IMG/VR virus record: IMGVR_UViG_3300044995_000220
Direction: 5' to 3' (one strand)
DNA length: 64,000 bases
Origin: a virus
In this document: one piece after another, positions 1 through 10,333 of the stretch
How positions within the stretch are numbered: position 1 is the stretch's first letter
How the letters are laid out: each line of letters starts with the position of its first letter
The notes under the pieces: generated by a model
What the model was told of the DNA's origin: nothing
What the model saw: only the letters and a program-made list of their open reading frames with translations
Database searches by the model: none
Made by a program: the position numbers and the translations under genes

Positions 1-1383
1 TGCACCTCGCGTTGTTTGATATTGGTGCCCGGTGTACGGATCTGTTAGCGTAAGAAGATCAGTTTTTGCAGGTTCAGTTGCACGATAGTATGCGCCAGGT
101 CCGATAGATAGTTGGCCAAAATTGCTAGGCGCATATGCTTTTTGTCGTAGATAGTCTGTGATGCCGCCGCGCTTTTCAATCCATTCGCTAAATGGAGCGA
201 TTAGATCGTCGTTTACGGCGTCGGCGCGAAATTCGACAAGCGCGCCTAGTTTGGTCTCGACGTCGGGGTAACGTGCAATGATCTCGTTTAGTACTGGCTC
301 TAGCGCAACGAGGCGATCGAGGTCTGCATCACTTGGTGTAATGCCGGCTGTCTTAGCAAATAGATCAATTACTTCGCCTGTTGCTAGCACGACACCACGC
401 GATGTTAAAGACGCTAGTGTGCGTGTTACCCCAGCTGTTTTTGCTGTGGTGTAGATGTCATCAGGTAGACGGGGCCATTCGCGTACGAGCTCTTCGGCTT
501 GTACGCCGTAAGTGCTGTTGAGGGCTTTGGCCGTTTTGACAGCATTTGTACGAATTTCAATTGCGCGAGATTCATATGATCGGAGCTGTTCTCCAAGGTC
601 TGCGCTATAGCGTAGCGGTGCTTCGCTAGCGACTTTTTTCAGCATCCAGCCTGTAGGATCTGCTGGGCGAAAAACGAAGCTAATATCGAAAAATTTTGGG
701 CTTGGGTTCAGCACTGAAACTTTGCGACCGTCAGGTAGTACGCGGCGCAGCATTTGTCGTGTATGTTCGCAATACTGCGCGCGTGTTGGTGCGCGGTGTC
801 CGCAGATGGTACAGACATCCCATCGAACATGGCACCCCATACTGACGGCGGGGAAATCCCCGTCAGCGATGCGTTGTGCAATTTCTGGATCACGGCTGTT
901 GACGAATTTTAGTAGTAGTTCAACTCGGTGCATGTACGAGTTGTATAGTGCTTTGGTAATCCATCCGAGGGATTTTGTTGGGTCTTTGTTAACATGGTGT
1001 TTGTAGATACCACCATATCTTTCAAACGTTTGGTAATGGTGATGTAGTGTTTCAGGCTCAGAGACCCAGCCGTCGAGAGATTTGGTGCACTCTGGATGGC
1101 CACATGAGGCGAGTTCACCAACTTTGTATGGCGCATTTGGGAAACCGTCGCCGTTACGGTTATCGTCGTAGAATTCGTATGCGCCTAGGGCGTTGACAAG
1201 GATGTACGAGATACCTTCTTCTGGTTGTATTGTTGAAAGGAAGTCATAGAGCGGCGACTGGCCTTCGGCGAATGCGCGTTTTTCAATGCTCAAACCGCCG
1301 TGTGGGCCGCGCCACGCGACTAACTGTACCGTTGGTTCCCCGGTTTTTGGGAAGCGCGCATCTAGTTCTAGGAGCTTTTCCAT
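1..1383 (-). CDS. Prohead/capsid maturation protease with C-terminal extension (3'-truncated by window edge)
   Basis: Not in the ORF track. Translated by hand from ATG at 1383, open to position 1: MEKLLELDARF...YILVNALGAYEFYDDNRNGDGF...IYKHHVNKDP...DFPAVSMGCHVRWDVCTICG...YCEH...KFFDISFVFRPAD. The His, VSMG Ser and DISFV..PA pattern matches HK97/T4-fold phage prohead proteases; lies in the portal operon. Confidence 0.8.
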   Translation of the reverse strand, partial: MEKLLELDARFPKTGEPTVQLVAWRGPHGGLSIEKRAFAEGQSPLYDFLSTIQPEEGISYILVNALGAYEFYDDNRNGDGFPNAPYKVGELASCGHPECTKSLDGWVSEPETLHHHYQTFERYGGIYKHHVNKDPTKSLGWITKALYNSYMHRVELLLKFVNSRDPEIAQRIADGDFPAVSMGCHVRWDVCTICGHRAPTRAQYCEHTRQMLRRVLPDGRKVSVLNPSPKFFDISFVFRPADPTGWMLKKVASEAPLRYSADLGEQLRSYESRAIEIRTNAVKTAKALNSTYGVQAEELVREWPRLPDDIYTTAKTAGVTRTLASLTSRGVVLATGEVIDLFAKTAGITPSDADLDRLVALEPVLNEIIARYPDVETKLGALVEFRADAVNDDLIAPFSEWIEKRGGITDYLRQKAYAPSNFGQLSIGPGAYYRATEPAKTDLLTLTDPYTGHQYQTTRGA

Positions 1384-1568
1384 TGTATAGAAGAATATGT
1401 CGTTAGCGTGTGACGATATTAACACACAGCGCTAAGGACGACAGCGTTGTGCATGCGGTGTGTAGCACCTAGTAACATAGCAGGCGCACCGACACGCAAT
1501 GCACTTCGAAGTCGATTTTTGTCAAGTGTTCTGTTTTTATCGAACACGTTGTATGCATTACTTACGTA

Positions 1569-3059
1569 TTATGCCTTTATTGAGGGTTTGAAATTAAACT
1601 TTTCAATTAACTCTTTTTCTATATCTTTGATTTCTTTTTTCACACTATTTATCCAGTATTGTATCTCCGCTTTTTCTTCACGGGTTTTAGCGTTTTTGAG
1701 TTGCTTCTCCAATCTTGCCAAGTTTTTATGTCTAAAGTTGTATGTGTCGATAAGTTCTTCCTTAGGTGTCAGCATCGGTGTTGACTTAGTCGCTGTCTGC
1801 TGCGGTGCTTGTTGAACCGCTGGCGGGTGCGGCGCTTGTTGAACCGCTGGCGGGTGTGGCGCTTGTTGAACCATTGTCTGCTGCGGTGCGGGTTGTTTCG
1901 CTGGCGGGTGTGGCGCTTGTTGAACTGCTGGCGGGTGTGGCGCTTGTTGAACTGCTGGCGGGTGTGGCGCTTGTTGAACCGCTGGCGGGTGTGGCGCTTG
2001 TTGAACCGCTGGCAGGTGCGGTGTTGGCTGTGTTTTTTTCATCGATTTCAATGTTTCTCTTATTTCTTTGTATGCGTTTTCCAATTGTCGTTTACGTTGT
2101 GGCAAATTACGAGTTTCTTCTCGTACTAGTGACAAACTGTCGCGCATAAATTTGTTTCTATTTGAAAGGCCTCTCAGAGAGTATCCATAGCCATAGCCGC
2201 TTGCTCCGCCTAGTGCCGCGCCCATTAGACCTAGCCTTAACGCGCCACGCAATCTGTCATCATCATCAGCAAGTGCGCCAGCGCCTGCTCCCATAATTCC
2301 GCCTGTGATGGCGCCTCCTATACTAGGTATAATTGGATTTTTTATAAATTTTTTATAGAGTTTTGACTTATCCCAGTTAGCCCATTTAAAGTGTGTTTCG
2401 TGACTTAGTTTTGGTATTTCTAGCAAATCTCTTGATTTGGCTAAGTATTTTTTCGAGGCTTTGTTGATTGCTTTTGCTAGTGAGTTGCCTTTCGTTATTT
2501 CGCGGGTCACTAGCGCTGAAAGCGGAGCATTGAGCGCTGCACCTGTTGCAGCGCCAGCTAAGCCGTAACGCAATGCTCCTCTAACTGGATCTTCGCTGTC
2601 GGTAACTGCGCCGATACCCGCACCGAGAGCACCGCCAAGAGTGGTACCTGCAAGAGTGCCGCCGGCAGTAGCTAGCCACGGGTTTTTTCTAAGTGTTTTA
2701 TTGACACCCAAAATATGCATTTTAACATTGGCATTTTTTTGAAATTGGTTAAAGTCTCGCAGCGCAGATTCGGCGTTTAGATTGCGCAAAAATTCAATTT
2801 CAGATAGTGTATAGCTACCGTCGGCTGCAAGCTTATCCAGGGTTTCGTCAACTATGGCGGCGCCGACTAGCGACGTGACGAGGGCCTCTCGTGTTGCGCG
2901 GTCTGCACTCAATTTAGTACCAGCGTCACTCGATGCCCAAGCGTCCAATGCAAGGTGAGCTAAACCTTCAAGTAAAGTGGGACCTTGCTGTGCGGCCGCT
3001 GTTTTGATATTGCGCCAAAGTGATCGCGCTTCGTAAGGCTTTATGGCGTTATTTATCAT
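1569..3059 (-). CDS. Putative virion internal/ejection protein with glycine-zipper helices and Pro/Gln repeats
   Basis: 496 aa ORF; GxxxG runs (AGGTLAGTTLGGALGAGIG; IGGAITGGIMGAGAGAL; LGLMGAALGGASGYG), QQAPHPPAV repeats, C-terminal charged helix. Confidence 0.55.
   Translation of the reverse strand: MINNAIKPYEARSLWRNIKTAAAQQGPTLLEGLAHLALDAWASSDAGTKLSADRATREALVTSLVGAAIVDETLDKLAADGSYTLSEIEFLRNLNAESALRDFNQFQKNANVKMHILGVNKTLRKNPWLATAGGTLAGTTLGGALGAGIGAVTDSEDPVRGALRYGLAGAATGAALNAPLSALVTREITKGNSLAKAINKASKKYLAKSRDLLEIPKLSHETHFKWANWDKSKLYKKFIKNPIIPSIGGAITGGIMGAGAGALADDDDRLRGALRLGLMGAALGGASGYGYGYSLRGLSNRNKFMRDSLSLVREETRNLPQRKRQLENAYKEIRETLKSMKKTQPTPHLPAVQQAPHPPAVQQAPHPPAVQQAPHPPAVQQAPHPPAKQPAPQQTMVQQAPHPPAVQQAPHPPAVQQAPQQTATKSTPMLTPKEELIDTYNFRHKNLARLEKQLKNAKTREEKAEIQYWINSVKKEIKDIEKELIEKFNFKPSIKA
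1803..2020. repeat. In-frame 27-bp tandem repeat (QQAPHPPAV, about 6-7 copies with one interruption)
   Basis: Unit ggcgcttgttgaac(c/t)gctggcgggtgt repeated within the 1569-3059 CDS. Confidence 0.95.
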
Positions 3060-3306
3060 TATGCCATTCCTTTTCGGCGTTTAGATTGTACAGTTCCTTA
3101 TATGCTGTGATACCGTCACGGATAATGCTTTGGTTTACATGATCTACAGCGATCTTCATAGCTAAGGCTTTGACGGCTTCTGGTAGCGTTGGCGCAGCAG
3201 GGGGGTAGCCACCTCGTCGATAAACAACTTCAAATGCGAGTTTTGCCCAGCCGTGTGTGCGTAGCGCTGCGCGTAATCGCGGTGAAACTAGGTTATCAAT
3301 GTTCAT
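3049..3306 (-). CDS. Hypothetical protein (85 aa)
   Basis: Fills the gap between 3306-4745 and 1569-3059 with overlapping stop/start codons. Confidence 0.7.
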   Translation of the reverse strand: MNIDNLVSPRLRAALRTHGWAKLAFEVVYRRGGYPPAAPTLPEAVKALAMKIAVDHVNQSIIRDGITAYKELYNLNAEKEWHNDK

Positions 3307-4745
3307 TACGCATCACGCCCTTTTGCGTTTTGGATGAATTTTTCAGTTTCAGCCATCAAACGGATTGTCGCAAAATCTAGTCCGGATCCGTGCATTTTTG
3401 CCATAGTTGCTTGCCGAAGAAAGCTGCGAGTTGCTGATGGATTTTTAGCGATTGACGGCGCAAAATTTTTGAGTGTGTCGTATGCATCGATCAATCCTTT
3501 AGGATTTTCACGATATTCAGCTTGGAGCATGTCGTCACTTTCTAGTGCTTTTTGGAATGCTTCGCGGTGTTTTGGATCATCGAAAAACTTTTTCTTGAGG
3601 ACTTTATGAACGGCGTCGATTGGTTCTCCTACAAATTTTTGAGCAAGCTGGTTGGCCAGCGCCTGGGCCATGGCGTTCTGCATTAGAGGATAGACTTGTG
3701 TAGACGCTGCCTGCTTTTCTTCAGCGAAGTCATCGTAACTGGCGTATACAGACATTGTTGGCATAGGTGTCGTCATGTCGTACGCCGCGTTGTTCATGTA
3801 ATCTTGTATGCGGGCGTCCTGTTCAGCGGCAGTTGGTCCTCCCCGAAGTAGAGATGAGCCGAGCGCGAGACCACCAACGGTTAGTCCGATTGGTAATGCA
3901 TTACGCTCGATCCAACCTGGTTCAAGCGTTGAACTATAATTATCTGGGATTTCGGTCGCAGCTACGTTTTGTTGCGCCTGGTGTGAAGTTTGAGTAGTGG
4001 GTGTTGAAGTTTGAGTAGTGGGCGTTTCGGGAAGTGCGGGAGTTTGAGCAGTAGATTCTACGGGAGAAGTGGGAGTTTGAGCAGTAGATTTTGCGGAAGG
4101 AGTGGGAGTTTGAGCAGTAGATTTTGTGGGAAGAGGAGTGGGAGTTTGAGTAGCAGGTTGTGCGTTATGTGATGTGTTAGATGCCGTAGAGGTTGATGCT
4201 TCCTGAGGAGTACGAGTTGCTGGACGCGCCCGGTAATGTGCAGGTACTTTGTGTCCCTGCATTTTGAGGTACTCTTCAGGCGTCATATTTGAGTAATTGT
4301 TACGCCACGCGCGTCGATTAGCGAGTAGTCCATGCTGTCGCGCAAGTTGCGCAGCATTACGTAATTCCTGCTCTTCTCGCTGTAGCCTTCGTAATTGTGC
4401 GACGGCTTTATCGGCTGCGCGCACTGCGGAGAATTCTTGTTTTGCTCCGGCTAGTGCGCCGCGCAAGCGTTCGCTCATACGCGCAAAAAAACCAGGACCT
4501 CTTGCACCAACACCGACGCCTTGTGCGACGTTCGTTGTCAGTAGGCCTTTACGTGGTAGTGCGCCATGAGTATGCAGCGTATTGATTGCACGTTGGAGTG
4601 CTGCACGTGTTTTTTGGTTGCGCGCTGCTTCTGCCGCACCTTGACGAAATCCGCGTAGACCTGCGGCGATTTGGTGAAAAATATTGGCGTTTTTTTCTAG
4701 GTTAGCGTCAATGTATGAAAGTACTTCGTTAGTAATGTTATCCAT
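3306..4745 (-). CDS. Putative virion internal protein with basic N-region, Thr/Pro linker and one hydrophobic helix
   Basis: 479 aa ORF; Arg/Ala-rich N-half, STAQTP repeats, LPIGLTVGGLALGSSLL segment, helical C-domain. Confidence 0.6.
   Translation of the reverse strand: MDNITNEVLSYIDANLEKNANIFHQIAAGLRGFRQGAAEAARNQKTRAALQRAINTLHTHGALPRKGLLTTNVAQGVGVGARGPGFFARMSERLRGALAGAKQEFSAVRAADKAVAQLRRLQREEQELRNAAQLARQHGLLANRRAWRNNYSNMTPEEYLKMQGHKVPAHYRARPATRTPQEASTSTASNTSHNAQPATQTPTPLPTKSTAQTPTPSAKSTAQTPTSPVESTAQTPALPETPTTQTSTPTTQTSHQAQQNVAATEIPDNYSSTLEPGWIERNALPIGLTVGGLALGSSLLRGGPTAAEQDARIQDYMNNAAYDMTTPMPTMSVYASYDDFAEEKQAASTQVYPLMQNAMAQALANQLAQKFVGEPIDAVHKVLKKKFFDDPKHREAFQKALESDDMLQAEYRENPKGLIDAYDTLKNFAPSIAKNPSATRSFLRQATMAKMHGSGLDFATIRLMAETEKFIQNAKGRDA
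3988..4155. repeat. Degenerate in-frame tandem repeats (STAQTPT / TQTSTP linker)
   Basis: Recurring gggagtttgagcagtagatt and gaagtttgagtagtgg units in the 3306-4745 CDS. Confidence 0.85.
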
Positions 4746-5598
4746 GACGCGTAACTTTCTTTAGGTTAGCAATTTTTGTTGCGATTTTGTTTTGGCGTTC
4801 GATAAGTGTTTCAAACTTAGCACGAATTTCCATAGCAACTTTAAGGCGATTCGTAAGCTCGTCTGGTATACCGACCCATTTTTGTTGTAATTCGGCGAGC
4901 TTCATTTTGACTTCGTTTTCTGCTGCACCTTCTCCTAATTCACTGCGGCCGCAGCGGTAACGAATAGCATTCAGCTCTGGTAACACATCGGCACCAAAAA
5001 GTGCCACTGCGTTTTTTTCGAAATCGTCGTGGTTCCAATTTTGGTATCGTGTATGTTCGACTATAGCGTTTATGGCGTCATCCCATGCGAAGTTCAATTG
5101 ATGGCGCTCGATCGCGAGATCGGCAGCTTGTTTTTCTGCGCGACGTAGTTCTACGAATGGGGAACGATAGGATGGTAAGAAATTATCGATTTCGTGGGTC
5201 AGTGCAGCAATTTTTTCTCGTGCGAAGAGTTTAGGGTTTGGAGGAGGAGGCGCGTATTCGTCAGGTAAATCTGGATATTCAGCCTCAGCTTGTTTTGTGT
5301 GAGCAACCGCTACAGTTTGTCGTAGATTTTCAATTACGGCTTCTGGGTCAGCTAGTTCAAAATAAGGTGAGCGATCTGCCTGCCCTTTTAATGCTGCGTA
5401 TTTCTGCTCAAATGCTTTGGTGTTGGTGTTGCGGCAGAGGCGGCGGATTTGTTCGGGGTTGAGACCGTTGTCGCGTGCAACTTTTGTTGCGAGTTCATTC
5501 AGTGACGCGCCGTTTTGGTCGCGGCCGGCCCAAAAAGCACGCGCGATGGCGGTTGCCTCGCGATCAAAGTCAGCGTTATCCCATGTAGCCATCGGCAT
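4738..5598 (-). CDS. Hypothetical head-operon protein (286 aa)
   Basis: Long ORF in operon; helical, C-terminal coiled coil. Confidence 0.75.
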   Translation of the reverse strand: MPMATWDNADFDREATAIARAFWAGRDQNGASLNELATKVARDNGLNPEQIRRLCRNTNTKAFEQKYAALKGQADRSPYFELADPEAVIENLRQTVAVAHTKQAEAEYPDLPDEYAPPPPNPKLFAREKIAALTHEIDNFLPSYRSPFVELRRAEKQAADLAIERHQLNFAWDDAINAIVEHTRYQNWNHDDFEKNAVALFGADVLPELNAIRYRCGRSELGEGAAENEVKMKLAELQQKWVGIPDELTNRLKVAMEIRAKFETLIERQNKIATKIANLKKVTRHG

Positions 5599-5618
5599 AT
5601 CTCAAGAATAAGAGGTAT

Positions 5619-6323
5619 TTATTCTTTTAGGATTTCGTCTCGTGTTATGCCAAGTTCTTCAGGTGTTTTCGTTAGACTTTTACTTGTCAAAGCAAATTCT
5701 AATGCAGCTAGTGCGTCTGATACGCGGTTTGTGGCTGTTGCGCTTTTGATAGTGGCAGCTGTTGCGGCAGCAGCACGTCCCCATTTGAACGATTCTTGCG
5801 CAGCTTTGCTAGTAATGGGTTTACCTCGATGTTCGAATGCACGGCTGTATGCCTCATTCATTATGTCTTCTAAGACTACTTGTGGATCTAGTGCTGGGCG
5901 TGGCTTTAGACGGTAACGATCGAGTAAGCGCGTGGCGCCTTCTATCAGTGCCAGTTCGTAGATTTCGCGTTCATTTTTAGTTAGTTGAAGCTGTTCAACG
6001 TATTGCCGCATTGCAAAGACGCTGTTGAAAACTGTGCGATCAAAGAACAGGGTCTGGTAAACGGCGTAAACTCCTTCGCGCAGTTCTAACGCTGATTCGA
6101 CCTCGGTGGCATTTGCTGCACACAAGCACAGCGCGTCCATGACGTGATGGTATGGTGAACGGTAGATTTCGTAGGCAGTCGCTACAATTTGGTTATCTGT
6201 CTGTCCACGTAATATATTGAAAAGTGCAAGATCGAGCGGATCCGCTGGCGGTTCAGCGTCCTTCTTTTCAGCAAGCGCTGCGATCTTTTGGTAACGGTGG
6301 CATGGTGCGACAGTGGGCAACAT
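5619..6323 (-). CDS. Hypothetical head-operon protein (234 aa)
   Basis: Long ORF in operon; no motif recognised. Confidence 0.7.
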   Translation of the reverse strand: MLPTVAPCHRYQKIAALAEKKDAEPPADPLDLALFNILRGQTDNQIVATAYEIYRSPYHHVMDALCLCAANATEVESALELREGVYAVYQTLFFDRTVFNSVFAMRQYVEQLQLTKNEREIYELALIEGATRLLDRYRLKPRPALDPQVVLEDIMNEAYSRAFEHRGKPITSKAAQESFKWGRAAAATAATIKSATATNRVSDALAALEFALTSKSLTKTPEELGITRDEILKE

Positions 6324-6413
6324 GTTACGTTGATTATGTTGTTCGCGGTTCTGTCTGCAACATGCTATGTTAATTATGCCGTACGCAGCTTTGTCGGTTA
6401 TATGCTGCGTTAA

Positions 6414-9146
6414 TTATGTCGTGCGCTGATTTTTAGGTAACAGTTGGTCGCCGTACTGTTCTAACGTTAGAATCGCATCGCCCAGCATACGGAATACGTC
6501 GCGGACGACTTGCTCCATTGTTATATAAGCTTCTTCTCCAATTCGTTCGCGGATTTGCTTGCTTTTTATGTAGAGCAGCAAAAGTGTGCGTCCTAGGCGA
6601 TCGAGCGCATTGTCAAGTGAAGGTAAGTAATTTTGAAGGAGAGAACGGATACTACGCACGTTAGCAAGTGACGCTACCGCCGCTACGTCGAAGACTCCGT
6701 CTTGATCGAGTTCAATAGCTTGGTCAAGGAATTGTGGTGCAATTTGTTCGGCAAAAAGTGTTGGGTTTGGTTCTTTAGTCATTACCGGTTGCGGTAGAGA
6801 TTGCCCTTGCATTGCATTTGGATCACCGCTTTGCATCGCGTTCGGATCAACGTTTTGCATCGCGTTCGGATCAACGTTTTGCATCGCGTTTGGATCAACG
6901 TTTTGCATCGCGTTTGGATCAACGTTTTGCATTGCGTATGGATCACTGCTTTGCATTGCGTATGGATCACCGCTTTGCATTGCGTATGGGTCTACGTTTT
7001 GCATCGCGTTAGGATCAACGTTTTGCATTGCGTATGGAACAGCTTCCTGCATTAGTGGATAGCCTGGCCCTCCCTGCATGAAATATTGTTGATTCATATC
7101 TGGAACGGGTGCCATAGCTGATTGCCCCATCATGTTTTGTGCTGGTCCCGCTACCATGCTTGCTGCTCCAATGGGAGCGGCCATTGCGCCACCACCCTGG
7201 TCGATGCTTTGGGCTCGGTTTTGAAGTTCAAGAAGCATTTGTTCCATTTGGTCTAGCGCTGCACGCTGCGCTTGGATTAGTTGCATCTTTTCTGCGATGG
7301 CGAGGTCAATCCCTGTCATTTGTGGTGGTGTTTGTGTAGCAGCCATCGCATTTGGATCTTGCATTTCGGGCGGAAGTTCGTTGTTATTAGGTGCAGCCAT
7401 TTTCGGCATGGCCCATGCTTTGAGTGGTAGATCATTAGCTACTGCTTCAACGACGCGCGAAGCATCTGGAACGCTTACGCCGTATAGATTGGCAACTTTG
7501 ACGACAGCTTCGAGTGCTGATAGCTTGGTGCGTTCATTACCTACACGGAACCCGTCATGATCACGTGCAACTTTGATACGTATGGCGCCAGTTTTTTCAC
7601 TGATCTTTTCTTCGATTGCTCTCATAATTAGCTGTGGGCGCGTAAGTAAATCACGTTCGGTAATCTGTTTTTTGATTGGAAACCAACGATAGCTTTGTGG
7701 GAAAACCATGACGTTTTGCGAGGGAGGCGCCACGATTTTTGATCCCCGCATTTTTTTTGAAATTACAATTGTTATATTGTTATCAGTACCAAAAGAAATT
7801 ATGTCACCGCGAGTTGTAGGTTGCTCCGCGGTGAATGGCTCGGTTGCACGTAGTGTCAAATCTTCAGACGAGATCAATACGCCTCGTTGATTTGCTTGTG
7901 GGCTTTCACGTGTCAATGCTTTAAGCATTGCAGTGATTTCACCGAATGTATCGTGGACGATGGGCTCCGCGACGAGTTCTGAAATGCATCCGCCTCGCCC
8001 ATCAACAAAAAGCACGAGGTACTTTCGGTCGCTTTTGTTGTATGGGGAAGGTACTTCGTTGAGTGTTTTACGGTTGTATGCACCGTATGCCATCACTTGA
8101 TGGTCTGTTTTCGGTGGTTCCACGCAAATTGGATGTGTTACAATGATTGCTTTTTCATTTGTGCCATCTGCTAAGTATACACGGTAAACGCCGGGGTACT
8201 CGGGTGTTGTTAGCGCTAGTGCTTCTTCGTTGAATACAGCGATATCACTTAGCGGACCAGTCCGTCGGTCCTTGATATAGAAGCCGTAGTAACGCAGTGC
8301 TTGGTAAGCTCTAGGTACTTCGTCTGGTGCGATTTCTTTCCGCACTTCTTGCAGAGGGGTACCTGCGACGGCAAGATAAACATCGTGCTTAAGTGGTATT
8401 TCAGTACGGAATCCAGCCGCTGTTTTGGCTGGCGCTTCACGCATAGCGAATGCGTCGCGTAGGACGTCCGCGCCGTAAATTTCCGCCATTTTACGGAGGT
8501 AACGCGGATGCTTTGTTAACCACTTCGTGTACGCTGTTTTGATGCCATCTGGCAAGCGGCTCACTAGTTCAGGAAAAACAAATGGGGCGTCGTTTGCCGC
8601 GCGTTTTTCGTTTTCATATGCAGCGCGAAATACTTCGAAAAGTTCTTCGTCGCTGACTGTTGTAGGATCAAATTCGGCAGCGTAACTATAACGTCCCGTT
8701 GTAGGCGGTACGACAATATTTCTGATGTCGACGTCTGTGTTAAGATCTTGGGGTAGTTCAACGCCTTGGCCGAGGGAGCTTATACCGTTGGTAGTGACTT
8801 TTTCGATCCATGCAGCTGTAAGCGGATAAAATCGGTCTTTTGACCGTACATACATTATATCGAGGGGCTTTACGGCGTTATCTACAACTACTGCTGGGAC
8901 AAATAGAATCTCAGCTTCACGTTTGAGGATGAACGCACCGATGCCTTCACCAGCGGGTGCGTCAGTTGCTAATACGCGGAAGGATACGAGATCTCGATAT
9001 AGTTCTGGGTGAGTCTTTTGAAATGCTTGATACGCAAGGTCTGAAAATCCTTTAGAAAAAAGCTCCTCTTCGTCGCTAGGACTTACGGGCTGAGCGAAGC
9101 TTTGTGTACGAGGCGACTGTGAGAGCGGAAAACCGTTCATGGGCAT
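6414..9146 (-). CDS. Large hypothetical head-operon protein (910 aa) with Met/Gln/Pro-rich repeat region
   Basis: Long ORF; AGGAG Shine-Dalgarno upstream; AMQNVDPN repeats. Confidence 0.8.
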   Translation of the reverse strand: MPMNGFPLSQSPRTQSFAQPVSPSDEEELFSKGFSDLAYQAFQKTHPELYRDLVSFRVLATDAPAGEGIGAFILKREAEILFVPAVVVDNAVKPLDIMYVRSKDRFYPLTAAWIEKVTTNGISSLGQGVELPQDLNTDVDIRNIVVPPTTGRYSYAAEFDPTTVSDEELFEVFRAAYENEKRAANDAPFVFPELVSRLPDGIKTAYTKWLTKHPRYLRKMAEIYGADVLRDAFAMREAPAKTAAGFRTEIPLKHDVYLAVAGTPLQEVRKEIAPDEVPRAYQALRYYGFYIKDRRTGPLSDIAVFNEEALALTTPEYPGVYRVYLADGTNEKAIIVTHPICVEPPKTDHQVMAYGAYNRKTLNEVPSPYNKSDRKYLVLFVDGRGGCISELVAEPIVHDTFGEITAMLKALTRESPQANQRGVLISSEDLTLRATEPFTAEQPTTRGDIISFGTDNNITIVISKKMRGSKIVAPPSQNVMVFPQSYRWFPIKKQITERDLLTRPQLIMRAIEEKISEKTGAIRIKVARDHDGFRVGNERTKLSALEAVVKVANLYGVSVPDASRVVEAVANDLPLKAWAMPKMAAPNNNELPPEMQDPNAMAATQTPPQMTGIDLAIAEKMQLIQAQRAALDQMEQMLLELQNRAQSIDQGGGAMAAPIGAASMVAGPAQNMMGQSAMAPVPDMNQQYFMQGGPGYPLMQEAVPYAMQNVDPNAMQNVDPYAMQSGDPYAMQSSDPYAMQNVDPNAMQNVDPNAMQNVDPNAMQNVDPNAMQSGDPNAMQGQSLPQPVMTKEPNPTLFAEQIAPQFLDQAIELDQDGVFDVAAVASLANVRSIRSLLQNYLPSLDNALDRLGRTLLLLYIKSKQIRERIGEEAYITMEQVVRDVFRMLGDAILTLEQYGDQLLPKNQRTT
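6806..7037. repeat. In-frame 24-bp tandem repeat (AMQ[NV/SG]DP[N/Y], about 9-10 copies)
   Basis: Unit ggatcaacgttttgcatcgcgtt(t/c) and variants within the 6414-9146 CDS. Confidence 0.95.
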
Positions 9147-9160
9147 TGGGAAGAGCTCCT

Positions 9161-9204
9161 AAAAAATAAACGCCTACCGCTAAAGTATACGGCGGTAGGC
9201 GTTT
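9161..9204 (-). terminator. Putative intrinsic terminator (13-bp stem, 11-nt loop, T-tract)
   Basis: aaacgcctaccgc (9168-9180) pairs with gcggtaggcgttt (9192-9204); followed on minus strand by ATTTTTT; downstream of 9260-10219. Confidence 0.65.
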
Positions 9205-9259
9205 TGTCATAGATTCAGTTTTTGTTTTGATTATGTCTACGTTGTTTTAGCACCGAAAG

Positions 9260-10219
9260 TCACTCTTCTTCTTCTTGTGTGTTTTGATTGTGCTCCCTGA
9301 TTGCGTGTTCTTTGATTGCGTCCAGAGACTTAGACATTGTTAGAGCACCTATCGGCGCGCCAATTGCCATGCCAATACCGTGTCTTTTGAGTCCGCTAAT
9401 AAGTGGCTTATTATGGCGATAGATTCCACGTGCCACTCGTTTTGCCTTTCCTTTAATTTTTGCGGCTGCGCGTCCGATAGCTTTGCCTACGCTACGAGCT
9501 TTGTTTTTTAGACTTTTCAATGTATCTTTTGCCGCTGCAACTTTTGGATTAATTAGGACATGGTCTTCGTCATCGACGTTATAGTCATCATCGATTAGTC
9601 CATGTTTAGCAAGTACATATTCGATTGCTGCAACAAGCGCAGGGTCTGGTTCTACTCCATGTTCTTGATGCGTATCTAGTACATGATCAAGTGTGTTGTC
9701 GAGTTCTTCTGCTGTTTTTACGTTTTCAATGATATCAACCATTACTTCAAGGCCAGGTGTGCCACTGTCAGCTAGAGCTGCTGATGCAAGTACAAGTTTT
9801 GGTGTTACAGGTGCATTTCGATTGGCAAGGTTTTCTACAAACATCGCAGCACGCGCGATTTTTTCACCTGTTTCCTCATTATTCAAATTTTCAGTAGCAT
9901 CTCTCATTTTTTTTCTGTGAGCAGCGTTGCTTTCTAGAGCTTTGCTAAAAGCATGACTGAAAACTAGATCACTACCTAGCGTTGCGCCGATTACTACCCC
10001 AGGACCGTGTCTTCTAGCTGCGCGCAGAAGTGATTTACCTAATGAGCGTGACTTCTTATTAACTTTTGATGCTGCGCGGCCTAAGGCTTTACCCGCAGCG
10101 CGCGCTTTGTTTTTAATAGTTTTCAATACATCTTTTGCAGCTGCTTCTTTTGGGTTGTATGCAGCGTTATAGATGTCGTAAAAGTACGGCAGTCTGGAAT
10201 TTTGAGTAATCCATGACAT
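9260..10219 (-). CDS. Modular head-operon protein, paralog of 10334-12514
   Basis: Basic/Gly-zipper - acidic module - basic/Gly-zipper; shares EKIARA...PVTPKLVLASAALA...VKTAEELDNTLDHVLD with its neighbour. Confidence 0.85.
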   Translation of the reverse strand: MSWITQNSRLPYFYDIYNAAYNPKEAAAKDVLKTIKNKARAAGKALGRAASKVNKKSRSLGKSLLRAARRHGPGVVIGATLGSDLVFSHAFSKALESNAAHRKKMRDATENLNNEETGEKIARAAMFVENLANRNAPVTPKLVLASAALADSGTPGLEVMVDIIENVKTAEELDNTLDHVLDTHQEHGVEPDPALVAAIEYVLAKHGLIDDDYNVDDEDHVLINPKVAAAKDTLKSLKNKARSVGKAIGRAAAKIKGKAKRVARGIYRHNKPLISGLKRHGIGMAIGAPIGALTMSKSLDAIKEHAIREHNQNTQEEEE

Positions 10220-10265
10220 GGTCGGGGTGTTCCTCGTTTTAGTACATTGGGGTTATTTTATTAAA

Positions 10266-10305
10266 ATGAATGCCTGTTACTATGCATACTATAACAGGCA
10301 TTCAT
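10266..10305 (-). terminator. Intergenic hairpin, possible terminator (14-bp perfect stem, 12-nt loop)
   Basis: atgaatgcctgtta (10266-10279) pairs with taacaggcattcat (10292-10305); short T-run after it on the minus strand. Confidence 0.5.
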
Positions 10306-10333
10306 ATTCGGTGAAATAGTTGTGAATGTAGGA

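Noticed and set aside
1497-1525. Perfect TTGACA on the minus strand upstream of the protease gene
   Set aside because: No TAnnnT -10 element at 16-18 nt spacing (GCATTG); cannot support a sigma70 promoter, though a phage-sigma promoter is not excluded.
1803-7037. Tandem repeats as CRISPR arrays
   Set aside because: Units are contiguous without unique spacers, are multiples of 3 and lie in frame within long ORFs.
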